Assembly (NCBI GenBank): GCA_964544155.1
Contig: CAZJAH010000008.1
Span: 3,674 to 67,673 of the forward strand
Direction: 5' to 3'
DNA: 64,000 nt
DNA from: an uncultured Hyphomicrobiales bacterium
GTDB lineage: Bacteria > Bacteroidota > Ignavibacteria > Kapaibacteriales > UBA2268
Shown here one piece after another: positions 36,614-47,240 of the stretch; the stretch's first letter is position 1; every line of letters begins with the position of its first letter. The position numbers and the translations under genes were made by a program. Below the pieces are notes generated by a model that was not told the origin of the DNA, made no database searches, and saw only the letters and a program-made list of their open reading frames with translations.

Positions 36614-39427
36614 ATGAAAAAACTCTATTTGATCGACGGCATGTCGCTTGTATTCAGGGCTTATCATGCCATGTTCAGATCGAACCTGACCAGCCCGGAA
36701 GGAATGCCCAGCGGTGCCGTTTTCGGGTTTATAAACATTCTCACAAATATGCTCGAAAAAGAAAATCCCGACAGGATTGCAGTGGTTTTCGACAGGCATG
36801 AGCCAACCTTCAGGCATGAAATGTATGAAGCATACAAAGCTAACAGGGATGAATTTCCCGAAGACCTGGGGCCGCAGCTCGCGCTGATTAAGGAAATGCT
36901 CGATCACCTTAACATCCCAAGGTTAGAAAAGCCCGGATATGAAGCTGATGATCTTATCGGGACTTTATCCAACAGAGCTTCACAAAAGGGCTGGGAAGTT
37001 TATTGCCTGACATCCGACAAGGATTTTTACCAGCTCGTTAATGACCATGTGAAAATATATAAGCCCCGGACAAAAGGCGAATTTGAAATTATCGGTTATG
37101 AAGGCGTGAAAGAAAAATTCGGCGTAAAGCCCCCCCAGGTAATAGATGTGCTTGCTCTCATAGGCGACGCCAGCGATAATGTGCCGGGAGTAAAGGGTAT
37201 AGGCGAGAAAACAGCCATACCACTCATTCAGGAATACGGTTCATTAGAAGCATTATATGACAATCTGGATAAAGTAACAAAAAAAGCAGTAAAAACAAAG
37301 CTTGAGAATAACAGAGACAGCGCCTTCTTATCCAAGAAACTGGTTACTATTATCACCGATATCGAGTTGGATATTGACTACGAAGATTGCGTCTGGCAGG
37401 AGCCCAGCTATGAAAAGCTGGATGAACTTTTCGCTAAACTGGGTTTTAAGCAGATGAGAGAGAAATGGAGAGGGAAAGCAGGCGAACAAATTAAATTTCA
37501 GCTGGATATTGATGATGATTTAATCGCGCGCTCAGCGTCGGCGGCAAAGATCAATACCATTGACGATATTGAAAAAAGCTACAGGCTGATTAAGTCAGAG
37601 CAGGAACTCGAATTGATGATCGATAAGCTTTCAGGATATGATTTCTTCGCGCTGGATATTGAAACATCATCCCTGGATAGAGACAGGTGCGCACTTACAG
37701 GGATATCCTTCAGCGCGGAAGAAGGCTACGCTTACTATGTACCTGTGTATAATGACGAAGTATTATCAAAATTAGATGGCGACGGGCTCTTCGATGTGCA
37801 GCTCAATCCGAAAAAATGGGAACTATCACTTCCCGCCGGAATGGTACTTGATAAATTAAAACCCATTCTTGAAAATAAAAATATAGGAAAATGCGGCCAG
37901 AACATTAAATATGATGTTTATATTCTGAGAAGATTCGGTGTAAAGGTCAGCCCGGTTATATTCGATTCGATGATAGCGTCCTATGTGATCAATCCTGATG
38001 AGAAACACAGTATGGACGCTCTCGCCCAAAAATGGATGAACTATAAGCCAATTCCTATCAGCAGCCTGATCGGCGAAAAAAAATCCATGCAGAAATCCAT
38101 GGAAGATATTGACCCCGCGGTAATTTCAGATTATGCCTGCGAAGATGCTGATGTCGCTCTGAAACTCAGGAATGTACTGGATAAAGCGCTAAGGGAAGAA
38201 AAGCTGGACAAGCTGGCTTACGAAGTAGAATTTCCAATGATAGAAGTCTTGAACGAAATGGAAAGCCGAGGAGTAGAGATAGATACCTCCGCGCTGGCTG
38301 ATATTTCACAAAGGCTGGCTCTTAAAGCTCAGGAAATGACTGAACTTATCTATAAAGAAGCCGCCTGCGAATTCAATATCGATTCACCAAAGCAGCTTGG
38401 GCACATTTTATTCGAAAAAATGATGATACCCTCTGTTAAAAAGACCAAGACCGGCTTCAGCACAGACGTACAGGTACTTACATCTCTGGCGGAAACTTTT
38501 CCCATAGCTAATTATATACTGGAATACCGGCAGCTCGTTAAGCTAAAATCCACTTACGTGGACGCCCTGCCGAAACTTATTAATCCCGTAACCGGCAGGA
38601 TACATACTACATATAACCAAACCGTCGCGAGTACAGGCAGGCTATCTTCAACAGATCCTAACTTGCAGAATATCCCTATCCGGTCAGACGCCGGCAAGGA
38701 GATACGGCGGGCGTTCATTCCTTCTGAAGGAAGAGTGATGTTCAGCGCTGATTACTCCCAGATAGAGCTGAGGATTATGGCCTACATTTGCGGAGACAGC
38801 CACCTTATAAACAGTTTCATTGAAGGGCATGATATCCACTCTGCTACGGCCTCCGTACTTTATGATAAACCTCTTGAGGATGTTACTCAGGATATGAGGC
38901 GGATAGCCAAAACTGTGAACTTTGGCATTATGTACGGCCTTGGAAGCTTCGGCCTGTCTCAAAGGCTCGGCCTTGGCAGAAAAGAATCTCAGGAAATAAT
39001 CGATAATTACTTTGCCAAATATCCGGGTATCAGGAAGTATATTGACCTAACGATTGAAGAATGCCGCAAAAAAGGCTATGCCGAAACAATAATGGGCAGA
39101 AGGAGGTATTTCCCGGATATAAACCATAAGAACAGGAACCTTCGTAACGCGGCTGAACGCGGTGCTATTAATATGCCTATACAGGGCACGGCATCAGATA
39201 TGATGAAAATTGCCATGATTAATATTCACAGGGAAATGAAGAACAGAAAATTCCGGTCTGATATGATACTACAAGTGCATGACGAGCTGGTCTTTGATGT
39301 TCTGCCGGAAGAGCTTGACGATCTCAAAAAGCTCGTAATAAGCAATATGGAATCTGCCCTGCCATTGGGTAAAGTGCCGGTAATCGCCGATACCGGCACA
39401 GGCAAAAACTGGTTCGAAGCTCATTGA
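36614..39427 (+). CDS. polA: DNA polymerase I
   Basis: 937 aa. 5'-3' exonuclease N-terminus (LIDGMSLVFRAYHA), polymerase motif A (DYSQIELRIMA), motif B (RRIAKTVNFGIMYG) and motif C (HDELVFD). Confidence 0.95.
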   Translation: MKKLYLIDGMSLVFRAYHAMFRSNLTSPEGMPSGAVFGFINILTNMLEKENPDRIAVVFDRHEPTFRHEMYEAYKANRDEFPEDLGPQLALIKEMLDHLNIPRLEKPGYEADDLIGTLSNRASQKGWEVYCLTSDKDFYQLVNDHVKIYKPRTKGEFEIIGYEGVKEKFGVKPPQVIDVLALIGDASDNVPGVKGIGEKTAIPLIQEYGSLEALYDNLDKVTKKAVKTKLENNRDSAFLSKKLVTIITDIELDIDYEDCVWQEPSYEKLDELFAKLGFKQMREKWRGKAGEQIKFQLDIDDDLIARSASAAKINTIDDIEKSYRLIKSEQELELMIDKLSGYDFFALDIETSSLDRDRCALTGISFSAEEGYAYYVPVYNDEVLSKLDGDGLFDVQLNPKKWELSLPAGMVLDKLKPILENKNIGKCGQNIKYDVYILRRFGVKVSPVIFDSMIASYVINPDEKHSMDALAQKWMNYKPIPISSLIGEKKSMQKSMEDIDPAVISDYACEDADVALKLRNVLDKALREEKLDKLAYEVEFPMIEVLNEMESRGVEIDTSALADISQRLALKAQEMTELIYKEAACEFNIDSPKQLGHILFEKMMIPSVKKTKTGFSTDVQVLTSLAETFPIANYILEYRQLVKLKSTYVDALPKLINPVTGRIHTTYNQTVASTGRLSSTDPNLQNIPIRSDAGKEIRRAFIPSEGRVMFSADYSQIELRIMAYICGDSHLINSFIEGHDIHSATASVLYDKPLEDVTQDMRRIAKTVNFGIMYGLGSFGLSQRLGLGRKESQEIIDNYFAKYPGIRKYIDLTIEECRKKGYAETIMGRRRYFPDINHKNRNLRNAAERGAINMPIQGTASDMMKIAMINIHREMKNRKFRSDMILQVHDELVFDVLPEELDDLKKLVISNMESALPLGKVPVIADTGTGKNWFEAH

Positions 39428-39548
39428 TAGCAGCTTACTAAGCTGTGCTAGCTGAACGTCAAATAATTTACACCATCCCCGCCGGCTGCCTGCAATGTAT
39501 CAGGCGGCCGCTTTTAGATTCCGGTTTTTATTTCCGCGGGCTTTTTTA

Positions 39549-40484
39549 CTAACCCTGTAACAGCTGCAGGAACGACTGCGGGTTCTGGTTAGCCTGTGCC
39601 AGCGAAACTAACGAGGCCTGCTGTAGGAACTGAGATTTGATCAGTCCGAGCTGCTCCTTGGCAACGTCAGCGTCTTCAAGCCTGGATATAGCAGCTTTGT
39701 AATTAACAATCTGATTCTGAAGCAGCTCTTCCTGCGAGGTAAGCCTGTTCGAAATACCTCCGAGGTAAGCGGCAACTTTATTGGCGTTATTCAGCGCGCT
39801 TGAAAGGCTGGTCAGAGTTGTTCCGATCCTGTCATCGCTGAATATGCCCAGATCGTCTGCAGTTACGGAATTCAGGTCCTGAAGGTTCAGCCCTGTAACG
39901 CCCGCGAACATACCCGTACCTAAAGCATTAACGTTAAAATTATCTGATTCAATATCATAATCCAGATTGGTATCAGTCATATCGATATTGAGTGAAAGCA
40001 GATTATTTGTTGCATTATAACCAATAATAAAATTGGCTGTAAAAGTTCCGTCCAGCAGCTGCGCTCCGCCGAATACAGTCGAATCGACAACTGTTTGAAT
40101 CTGCTGAGCCATCCTGTATGATGCTTTCGCCAGGGCTACTTTTTCATCCGTTCCTAAAGCTCCTGATGAAGCCTGAGCCGTTGCGTCCTTGATCTTGGTT
40201 ACCAGGCCGTTTAAGTTATCCAGTGAATCCATGAGTATATTGGCCACGTTCTGGGCGTCGCCGACAGTCTTAACGGCTGCCTCCAAAGCACCGTTTCGTG
40301 CCTGCAGCGCCCTCGATGTTATATATCCTGCCACATCATCAGCGGCGCTGTTAATCCTCTTTCCTGTTGACAGCCGCAGCTGCCTGAGCGAAATATCCCT
40401 GCTCGCCTGATCCATTGAATTATAAGCGTTCATTGATGGGATATTTGTGCGTATTCTTGCTCCACCTCCAATCGCAAAAGGCAT
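39549..40484 (-). CDS. fliC: flagellin (paralogue 2)
   Basis: D0/D1 N-terminus LSTGKRINSAADDVAGYITSRAL and a conserved C-terminal helix ending LQLLQG. About 90% identical to the upstream paralogue at both termini, with a divergent centre. Confidence 0.85.
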   Translation of the reverse strand: MPFAIGGGARIRTNIPSMNAYNSMDQASRDISLRQLRLSTGKRINSAADDVAGYITSRALQARNGALEAAVKTVGDAQNVANILMDSLDNLNGLVTKIKDATAQASSGALGTDEKVALAKASYRMAQQIQTVVDSTVFGGAQLLDGTFTANFIIGYNATNNLLSLNIDMTDTNLDYDIESDNFNVNALGTGMFAGVTGLNLQDLNSVTADDLGIFSDDRIGTTLTSLSSALNNANKVAAYLGGISNRLTSQEELLQNQIVNYKAAISRLEDADVAKEQLGLIKSQFLQQASLVSLAQANQNPQSFLQLLQG

Positions 40485-40526
40485 ATCTATCTTCTCCGAA
40501 TTATTTTTAAATAATAAACCTGATAT

Positions 40527-41462
40527 TTAGCTTTGTATCAACTGCAGGAACGCCTGGGGGTTCGCGTTTGCCTGAGTTAGTGATACAAGTGATGCCTGTT
40601 GCAGGAACTGAGATTTTATCAGTTCAAGCTGCTCTTTGGCAACGTCGGCGTCTTCTATTCTCGAAATAGCCGCCTTGTAGTTGGTTATCTGGCCTTTAAG
40701 TAAGTCCTCCTGTGAAGTAAGCCTATTGACTATACCGCCAAGATATGAAGCTACCTTATTTACGTTATTGAGGGCTTTTTCAATACTTGTCAGTGTCCAC
40801 TTAATGGCATCCTGCTCGAATATTCCGAGATTATCTGAAGTAACATCATCAAACAGCCTTAAATCAAGCCCGGTAACACCGGCAAAGTTTGATTCTAATA
40901 ATGAACTGACATTGAATTCACCTCTTTCTACATTGAAGTCTTCATTATTTGAAGTCAAATCAACCGAAAGAGTAAGCAGGTTGTTGGTGGCATTACTGCC
41001 AATAACGAAATCAGCTGAAAAAGCACCATCGAGTAGCTGACGGCCTCCAAATACAGTCGAGTCGACCACTGTCTGTATCTGCTGGGCCATGCGGAATGCA
41101 GCTTTGGCGAGAGCAACTTTTTCATCCGTTCCGGTAGCGCCGGAAGCGGCATTTGAAGCGGATTCCTTAATAAGAATAAGCAGGTCGCTGATATTCTCAA
41201 GAGAATCCATAGAAATATAAGATACGTTCTGGGCGTCGCCGACAGCCTTAACAGCCGCCTCCAAAGCCCCGTTCCTTGCCTTCAACGCTCGCGATGTAAT
41301 GTAGCCGGCTACATCATCCGAGGCGTTGTTTATGCGTTTGCCTGTAGATAAGCGAAGCTGCCTTAGCGACACATCCCTGTTTGAAGTTTCCAGGGAGTTG
41401 TACGCGTTAAGGGCAGATATATTCGTCCTTATCCTCGCGTTTCCTCCTATGGCGAATGGCAT
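40527..41462 (-). CDS. fliC: flagellin (paralogue 1)
   Basis: Same architecture as paralogue 2, 311 aa, with a GGAGGTG RBS. Confidence 0.85.
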   Translation of the reverse strand: MPFAIGGNARIRTNISALNAYNSLETSNRDVSLRQLRLSTGKRINNASDDVAGYITSRALKARNGALEAAVKAVGDAQNVSYISMDSLENISDLLILIKESASNAASGATGTDEKVALAKAAFRMAQQIQTVVDSTVFGGRQLLDGAFSADFVIGSNATNNLLTLSVDLTSNNEDFNVERGEFNVSSLLESNFAGVTGLDLRLFDDVTSDNLGIFEQDAIKWTLTSIEKALNNVNKVASYLGGIVNRLTSQEDLLKGQITNYKAAISRIEDADVAKEQLELIKSQFLQQASLVSLTQANANPQAFLQLIQS

Positions 41463-42180
41463 TATTCACCTCCGTGTGAACAGTTATACATATTGGGATC
41501 CTTTGCCTTAATGATAAAATTTCTAAGCATTATTTCCCTTTACGGCATTTGTGCCTTATGGCATTTAAGCCGCGGAATTAATTTTACAACTAATATGCCA
41601 GATTCCGGGTTGCTTTCTCGACAGCATTTTGCTTAAGCCCGAAAAGGCATACTTTGCCGGAAACTTTTTAATGATATAATTATTCATAAAAACTAAGCCA
41701 GATTGGCACAAATGATATTCTAATGGCATGGCTAAATTGCCTTTATCCCGCTGCAGATAAGGCTTTGAAGAATATTAACTATGTATTTTTCTGACTCAAA
41801 GCTGATTTTAACGGTTAGCTTTTTTCTGTTTATTTATATTCATTTGAGAAATTCATGGCTATAATTGGCCACAGCATAACCTTAGCATATTAGCTTTAAA
41901 GGGTTTAGTAAAATGATTTGAAAATCAGCTGATTATCAAAAACAATGAAATCCAGGTTATTCCAATTGTAGATAATTATGCAGTCTGTTTTTATTGCTTC
42001 ACCATTTTCTGGCAGCGTTGGGCAGATTTTCTGAATAGAACACAAATGTAAATAGGGCTATTATTCTGCTCGCATTAGTTATTCGCTTTCATCATAATCC
42101 TAAGCTCTTGCCAGGAAGAGGCTGCACCAGATCAAGCGATAAGGGTAATGCGGCAATTACAGGCCTGCTGCGCCTACCGG

Positions 42181-42240
42181 CTCTCTATATAAGTCGTAGG
42201 CTTCGGAGGATACTATCCTGATATCAGCGAAGGTCGGCGG
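42181..42240. repeat. direct repeat copy A (partner at 47244..47297), 39/42 identical core gtcgtaggcttcggaggatactatcctga[t/c]atc[a/c]gcgaa[g/t]gt
   Basis: Read from the sequence. Same orientation as copy B, about 5.06 kb away. Confidence 0.8.
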
Positions 42241-42245
42241 TAAAT
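42188..42245 (-). pseudogene. duplicated 3'-terminal fragment of rimO (about 20 codons, ...KPYLPPTFADIRIVSSEAYDLYRE) with no upstream ORF
   Basis: Translating the minus strand gives a near copy of the RimO C-terminus (GTFADVRIVSSEAYDLYGE in the intact gene). A stop codon lies immediately upstream of the fragment. Confidence 0.55.
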
Positions 42246-42619
42246 ACGGCTTCGCGGGGCGCACCATAGTGGAATTTCCAAAAGCGCTTTATTACCATTG
42301 CGAAAGCTATGTTGACTGGCTTGCATGGGCCTCCATAAGAGAAGGAAACCCGGTACGTGGGTTCATTAACGAAGCCGCCGAGTTCATCGTTAAATTGCCT
42401 CAGGCAGATGCTAACATGGATCTGCGGCTGAACAAACGTGTATTTAATTAAATATTTATCAAAGCCATGGAAAATCAAATCGAAAAATCATCGGAATTCC
42501 GGGAAGATTGCCTGATAAGCTGGATGAGGTATTCGGAGGACTTCCTGAGCTTCTTAAAGAAGTAGGTGTATAAAAAAGGCCGCCCGAAGGCAGCCTTTTT
42601 ACAAAGTATTTTATTTTAA

Positions 42620-43885
42620 CTACATATTTTCAATTATAGCAGTTCCGAATTCCGAAGTTTTCAGCAATGTGGCATTTTCCATAAGCCTGTGGAAATCATA
42701 GGTGACTTTGCCCTGGGCAATTGTTTTCTCAATACCTTTTACTATAAGGTTGCCCGCTTCATGCCAACCGAGATGTTCAAGCATGAGCACACCTGATAAC
42801 ACAACCGAGCCCGGATTCACTTTATCCAAATTGGCATACTTGGGAGCAGTGCCATGAGTAGCTTCGAATATAGCATGGCCGCTTTCGTAATTGATATTTG
42901 CTCCGGGAGCAATACCAATACCGCCAACGATTGCCGCTAAGGCGTCGGAGATATAATCGCCGTTGAGGTTCATTGTTGCTATAACAGAATATTCAGCCGG
43001 CCTGAGCAGTATCTGCTGCAGGAAGGCATCAGCAATGAAATCCTTGATCAGCAGTTTGCCGGCACTAAGAGCTTCATCCTGAGCCTTATTCGCGGCATCC
43101 CCGCCTTTCTCTTCTTTGATTTTGTCATACTGTCTCCAGGTGAATACTCTGTCGGCGTATTCTTCTTCGGCAACGTCATAGCCCCAGTTCTTAAAGGCGC
43201 CTTCGGTGAATTTCATGATATTGCCTTTATGTACAAGTGTAACCGAAGGCAGGTTGTGGCTGAAAGCGTACTCTATCGAAGCTCTTACAAGCCTCTTGGT
43301 ACCTTCCTCCGATATCGGCTTAATACCGATTGAGGTTGTTTCCGGAAAGCGTATCTTTTTAACCTTCATTTCATTAAGAAGAAAATTAAGCACTTTTTTA
43401 TTCTCATCTGTGCCTGCCATCCATTCTACGCCCGCGTAGATATCTTCGGAGTTTTCCCTGAAGATAACCATATTGCAATCGGCGGGTTTTTTAACCGGTG
43501 ACGGTACGCCCTGGAACCAACGAACCGGCCTTAGGCAAACATATAGATCGAGAAGCTGCCTGAGCGCGACATTCAGCGACCTGATTCCTCCACCTACAGG
43601 AGTTGTAAGCGGCCCTTTGATCGCAACATAGTGCTCTTTGATAACGTCGAGAGTTTCCTGGGGGAGCCATTCCCCGGTTTTCTTAAAAGCTTTTTCACCG
43701 GCTAATACTTCCTTCCAGTGAATTTTTTTCTTACCCTGATATGCTTTTTCAACCGCGGCATCGATAACCCTTTTGCTGGCCGCCCATATATCCGGGCCAA
43801 TGCCGTCGCCTTCAATAAATGGAAGAATGGGTTCATCGGGGATGTTCAGTGTGTTTCCGTCGCGAGTAATTTTGCTAGCTGCCAT
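42620..43885 (-). CDS. icd: isocitrate dehydrogenase (NADP-dependent, prokaryotic homodimeric type)
   Basis: [18 protein letters not shown], the GDGIGPDI dinucleotide region and [13 protein letters not shown], at 421 aa. Confidence 0.95.
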   Translation of the reverse strand: MAASKITRDGNTLNIPDEPILPFIEGDGIGPDIWAASKRVIDAAVEKAYQGKKKIHWKEVLAGEKAFKKTGEWLPQETLDVIKEHYVAIKGPLTTPVGGGIRSLNVALRQLLDLYVCLRPVRWFQGVPSPVKKPADCNMVIFRENSEDIYAGVEWMAGTDENKKVLNFLLNEMKVKKIRFPETTSIGIKPISEEGTKRLVRASIEYAFSHNLPSVTLVHKGNIMKFTEGAFKNWGYDVAEEEYADRVFTWRQYDKIKEEKGGDAANKAQDEALSAGKLLIKDFIADAFLQQILLRPAEYSVIATMNLNGDYISDALAAIVGGIGIAPGANINYESGHAIFEATHGTAPKYANLDKVNPGSVVLSGVLMLEHLGWHEAGNLIVKGIEKTIAQGKVTYDFHRLMENATLLKTSEFGTAIIENM

Positions 43886-44289
43886 TTAACCTCCGCTTGA
43901 TAAAAATTATGCACAAAGAATAAGCATTAATATAATGATATTTTTTCAAATAGGCAGAGCTAAATCATTTAATAGTATTAATTTTTTTGCCGCCCTTCTA
44001 TAAAATTGCAGGATGGGCAATATATTCTCCTTTTATGCTGCTTCCATGAAACACGACCGGCTCAATTGCAGCCTTATGCCTGGGGGCTATCCGCGCAGAA
44101 TTCATTGCCGAAAAAGCAAATGATAATCTTGTGTGTTTCAGGGTTTTCTGCTTTTTTCAATCAATGGGATTGATGCTAATTAAATGAAAATTACAATAAT
44201 TCAACAAGTTTTAACATTTTTAATAAATATTATCTTGTTTTTTCTTATATTATTTTCACGTTTCTCGTTTATTAATTATTTGGAAAGCC

Positions 44290-47130
44290 ATGAAAAAATT
44301 ACTTGTTCTTTTCCTGATCTCTATCACGGGCATTAGCCTGAAAGCACAATTTAATGATTTAAAACTTACTTTTCCGCTCGAGGGTGATACACTTATCTAT
44401 GGTACGGATACACTGATTAGCTGGGAAGGTGTTTCTCCCGCGGATACCATTGCTATCGATTACAGTTCTGATGATGGTAAAAAGTGGCAAAACCTGACAA
44501 ATGAAGCAACCGGACTTCAGTACTTATGGAAAGTCCCAAGAATGGCTAATGACAGTATGCTCTTTAAAATTACTAAGAGGATTGATGTAGAATCCATCAT
44601 GGCCGGCCAATCCTGGAAGATCAGTTTCGATGTACCGCAATACAGCCCCGACGGAACTAAATTGGCTTTTACGGGGGAAGGCGATCTCTTTATACTTGAT
44701 CCCGCGACAATGGAGAAAACTGTAATTGATGTTGACCTGGATTTGAACGGCGGCTTCGAATGGAATCCCCAGGGAGATAAAATTGCATCCATAACAGATC
44801 AAGGGTTTTTGTGCGTTATTGATGTAGCCTCAAAAAATATTATACAACAATTTAAATATAATGATTCTAAATGCATAAGCTGGAATCCAGGTGGTAATTT
44901 AATTGCTGCCGGCAGCGAGTGGGGAGGATTATCGGTTTGGGATATTAATTTGGGAAATAAGCTATATTCTATTAAAGCGCATTCCCTTGAAGTGACCAGT
45001 TTACAATGGAATTCTGACGGAACTGAAATATATACCGGAGGTTATAAAGGTAAAATCCGTTTTTGGAATGCTGCCGACGGAACACAAATAGTAAAAAAAG
45101 ATGCAAAAGGCGAATACTTCGATTATTTAGAAAATAGCTTTACTATAAGGAATTTATCATTAAGCCCTGACGATTCAAAGATAGCTGCCGCGGATACCGG
45201 CGGAACAGTATTAGTTTGGGATTTAAAAGCGGGCACAAAAGCAGAACTCAAGGATCCCTTGATAAGAGAAAATGATGATTTTATATTATGGGTGGCCTGG
45301 AGCCCGGACGGCTCTAAACTTGCGGCAAGTTCATTCCATGGTCTCCTCAATATCTGGGATGTTGATAATAAAATGGTTGTAAAATCCAAATTCGTAAATC
45401 CTTTAGATCTTAGGATGAGCTGGCATCCCGGGGGTTCTATGCTTGTTACATCTTCTTGGTCAAGAACTATAGAAAATTGGGATATTAACAATCCGGAAAA
45501 TAATTTTACTCTTTTATCAAAGGATGGAAACAATAAATTAAGCGCTGACAAAAGCAGGATTGCTTATTTTGATAGTGATTTTTTAAAAATCATGGATACG
45601 GATAGTTTTATTCAGGAAAAAGGCTTTAATCTTAGGCTTGGTCAGAGTTTCCTTGGAATAAACGCTGATTTCTCGCGCATGGTAACTCATGACAGCAGTT
45701 ATATTGAATACTGGGATCTTTCAGTTGACAGCATTGTGAGTAAATTCTATTATAATCCCGGCAAATTAGTAAGTGTAAATAACAGTATGGATAAATTCCT
45801 CTTCTCAAGAAATGATTCGATATATATTTACAGCGTTCCGGATTGGCAGCCTGTAACAAAGTTCCATGACGGCGGCTTAGGAGGCTATTTTAGGTCATAC
45901 TGGTCCGGTGACGACAGTAAAATTGCAATCATGGGCATAAATGATACCGCCCGCGTTTGGGACGCGGCCACCGGCAAGGTGATAAGTTCATTCGCTTGTC
46001 CCTTCCGGGATAATCACACGCATATAGTTGATCTTTTCTGGAATTCAAAAAGTGATATGATCGCCGCCAAGGTTTCAAGTACTACTGCTAAGGTATGGGA
46101 GGCCGGCTCGGGGAAGGAACTTTATACATTCGAGTGTGATTGGAATATCAACAAAATGCACTGGAATCCTGCAGGCGATATGATAGCAACTCTGGTCTAT
46201 CATGATAATTATATTAGGGTTTGGGATCCTGTAACAGGCGAAGTACTTAAAAAGCTTTTTATAAATGAAAACATGAAAATCACTGATATCTGCTGGAAAC
46301 CCGGCACTAACATATTGTTATCATTCGATGAACAAGACGATTCAGATAGCTATTTAAAATTATGGGATGTGGAAACCGGAGAGATGCTATCATCTTATTG
46401 GCTGAGTGTTGATCCTTCTTTGGCACAATTCCATGGTGACGGTGAAACACTAACCTGCGGAGCTTACTATTTATCAGTATTGGATTTTTCCGAAATTGTA
46501 AAAAACCAGCAGGATATTAATGAATCAAACTGGTCAATTTATATCCCGGAGATAGATGTTAAGCAGATCGAATTAGGTGAGATCGCCGTGAATTCGGTTA
46601 AGGATACTCTTGTTACATCTATTTTAAAAAATGTTGGAAAATACCCGATCAGGATAGACGAGGCCTATTTCTCTGGATATTATTTTAGTTTTTTCTCAAT
46701 TATATCCGAACCGGAGTATCCTGTTTATCTGAAACCTGGTGATTCATTAAATATCAGTTTTAGCTATTTTCCTGCCAAAAAAGGGTATCATTCAGCTTAT
46801 TTAACATTTAAATCGAGCATTGGGGATATAATGGCTCATATAATAGGGGATGCTTTTGATCCCAATTCAGTGGGGACGGCGCTTCAGATTTCCGGGCTAA
46901 ACGTTTATCCAAATCCGGCTTCAAACATGATAAACGTAGATTTTAACCGGCCATATGCCGGGCCTGTCAGCGTTTTGTTATATGATCTGAGCGGCAGGCT
47001 GCTTTATTACAAAGAAACAACATCTGAAGGCATAAAAATTGATGCCGCCGGGCTGAGTAACGGCATTTACAGACTGATAATAAAGACGCCTGAAGGCACT
47101 TTCTCAGAAAAAGTGTCCGTGCTTAAGTAG
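44290..47130 (+). CDS. WD40/beta-propeller repeat protein with T9SS C-terminal sorting domain (secreted)
   Basis: Signal peptide. More than 10 WD-like repeats (e.g. LIAAGSEWGGLSVWDINLGN, IYTGGYKGKIRFWNAADGT, IAAADTGGTVLVWDLKAGT). Terminal VYPNPASNMINVDFN...LYDLSGRLLY...GIYRLIIKT...VSVLK is a textbook Por secretion tail. Confidence 0.8.
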   Translation: MKKLLVLFLISITGISLKAQFNDLKLTFPLEGDTLIYGTDTLISWEGVSPADTIAIDYSSDDGKKWQNLTNEATGLQYLWKVPRMANDSMLFKITKRIDVESIMAGQSWKISFDVPQYSPDGTKLAFTGEGDLFILDPATMEKTVIDVDLDLNGGFEWNPQGDKIASITDQGFLCVIDVASKNIIQQFKYNDSKCISWNPGGNLIAAGSEWGGLSVWDINLGNKLYSIKAHSLEVTSLQWNSDGTEIYTGGYKGKIRFWNAADGTQIVKKDAKGEYFDYLENSFTIRNLSLSPDDSKIAAADTGGTVLVWDLKAGTKAELKDPLIRENDDFILWVAWSPDGSKLAASSFHGLLNIWDVDNKMVVKSKFVNPLDLRMSWHPGGSMLVTSSWSRTIENWDINNPENNFTLLSKDGNNKLSADKSRIAYFDSDFLKIMDTDSFIQEKGFNLRLGQSFLGINADFSRMVTHDSSYIEYWDLSVDSIVSKFYYNPGKLVSVNNSMDKFLFSRNDSIYIYSVPDWQPVTKFHDGGLGGYFRSYWSGDDSKIAIMGINDTARVWDAATGKVISSFACPFRDNHTHIVDLFWNSKSDMIAAKVSSTTAKVWEAGSGKELYTFECDWNINKMHWNPAGDMIATLVYHDNYIRVWDPVTGEVLKKLFINENMKITDICWKPGTNILLSFDEQDDSDSYLKLWDVETGEMLSSYWLSVDPSLAQFHGDGETLTCGAYYLSVLDFSEIVKNQQDINESNWSIYIPEIDVKQIELGEIAVNSVKDTLVTSILKNVGKYPIRIDEAYFSGYYFSFFSIISEPEYPVYLKPGDSLNISFSYFPAKKGYHSAYLTFKSSIGDIMAHIIGDAFDPNSVGTALQISGLNVYPNPASNMINVDFNRPYAGPVSVLLYDLSGRLLYYKETTSEGIKIDAAGLSNGIYRLIIKTPEGTFSEKVSVLK

Positions 47131-47151
47131 TTAAAAGGTAATTTAAATTGA

Positions 47152-47196
47152 GGCAGCCCCGGCCCTTTAAACTCCGGGGCTGCCGGTATATTTTCG
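47152..47196 (+). terminator. hairpin terminator (ggcagccccgg..ccggggctgcc)
   Basis: 11-bp stem, 11-nt loop and a weak T-run. Confidence 0.5.
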
Positions 47197-47240
47197 GAGG
47201 TCCCTGCATGGCCTCTTTGAAGGCCCTTCGAGCAAGGGCT

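Noticed and set aside
41480-41560. sigma-28-type promoter (TAAA..GCCGTAAA) upstream of flagellin paralogue 1, and a sigma-54-like GGCAC..GC element in the same place
   Set aside because: The spacer is 17 nt rather than about 15 for sigma-28, and GG-N8-GC rather than N10 for sigma-54. It is too weak to list as a feature without knowing this lineage's consensus.
42224-42564. Small ORFs 42224..42478 (-), 42269..42451 (+) and a 32-aa ORF at about 42466..42564 in the gene-poor spacer
   Set aside because: They are mutually antisense, with no recognisable motifs and no RBS. They are treated as non-coding and described in a finding as a possible decayed or regulatory region rather than as genes.
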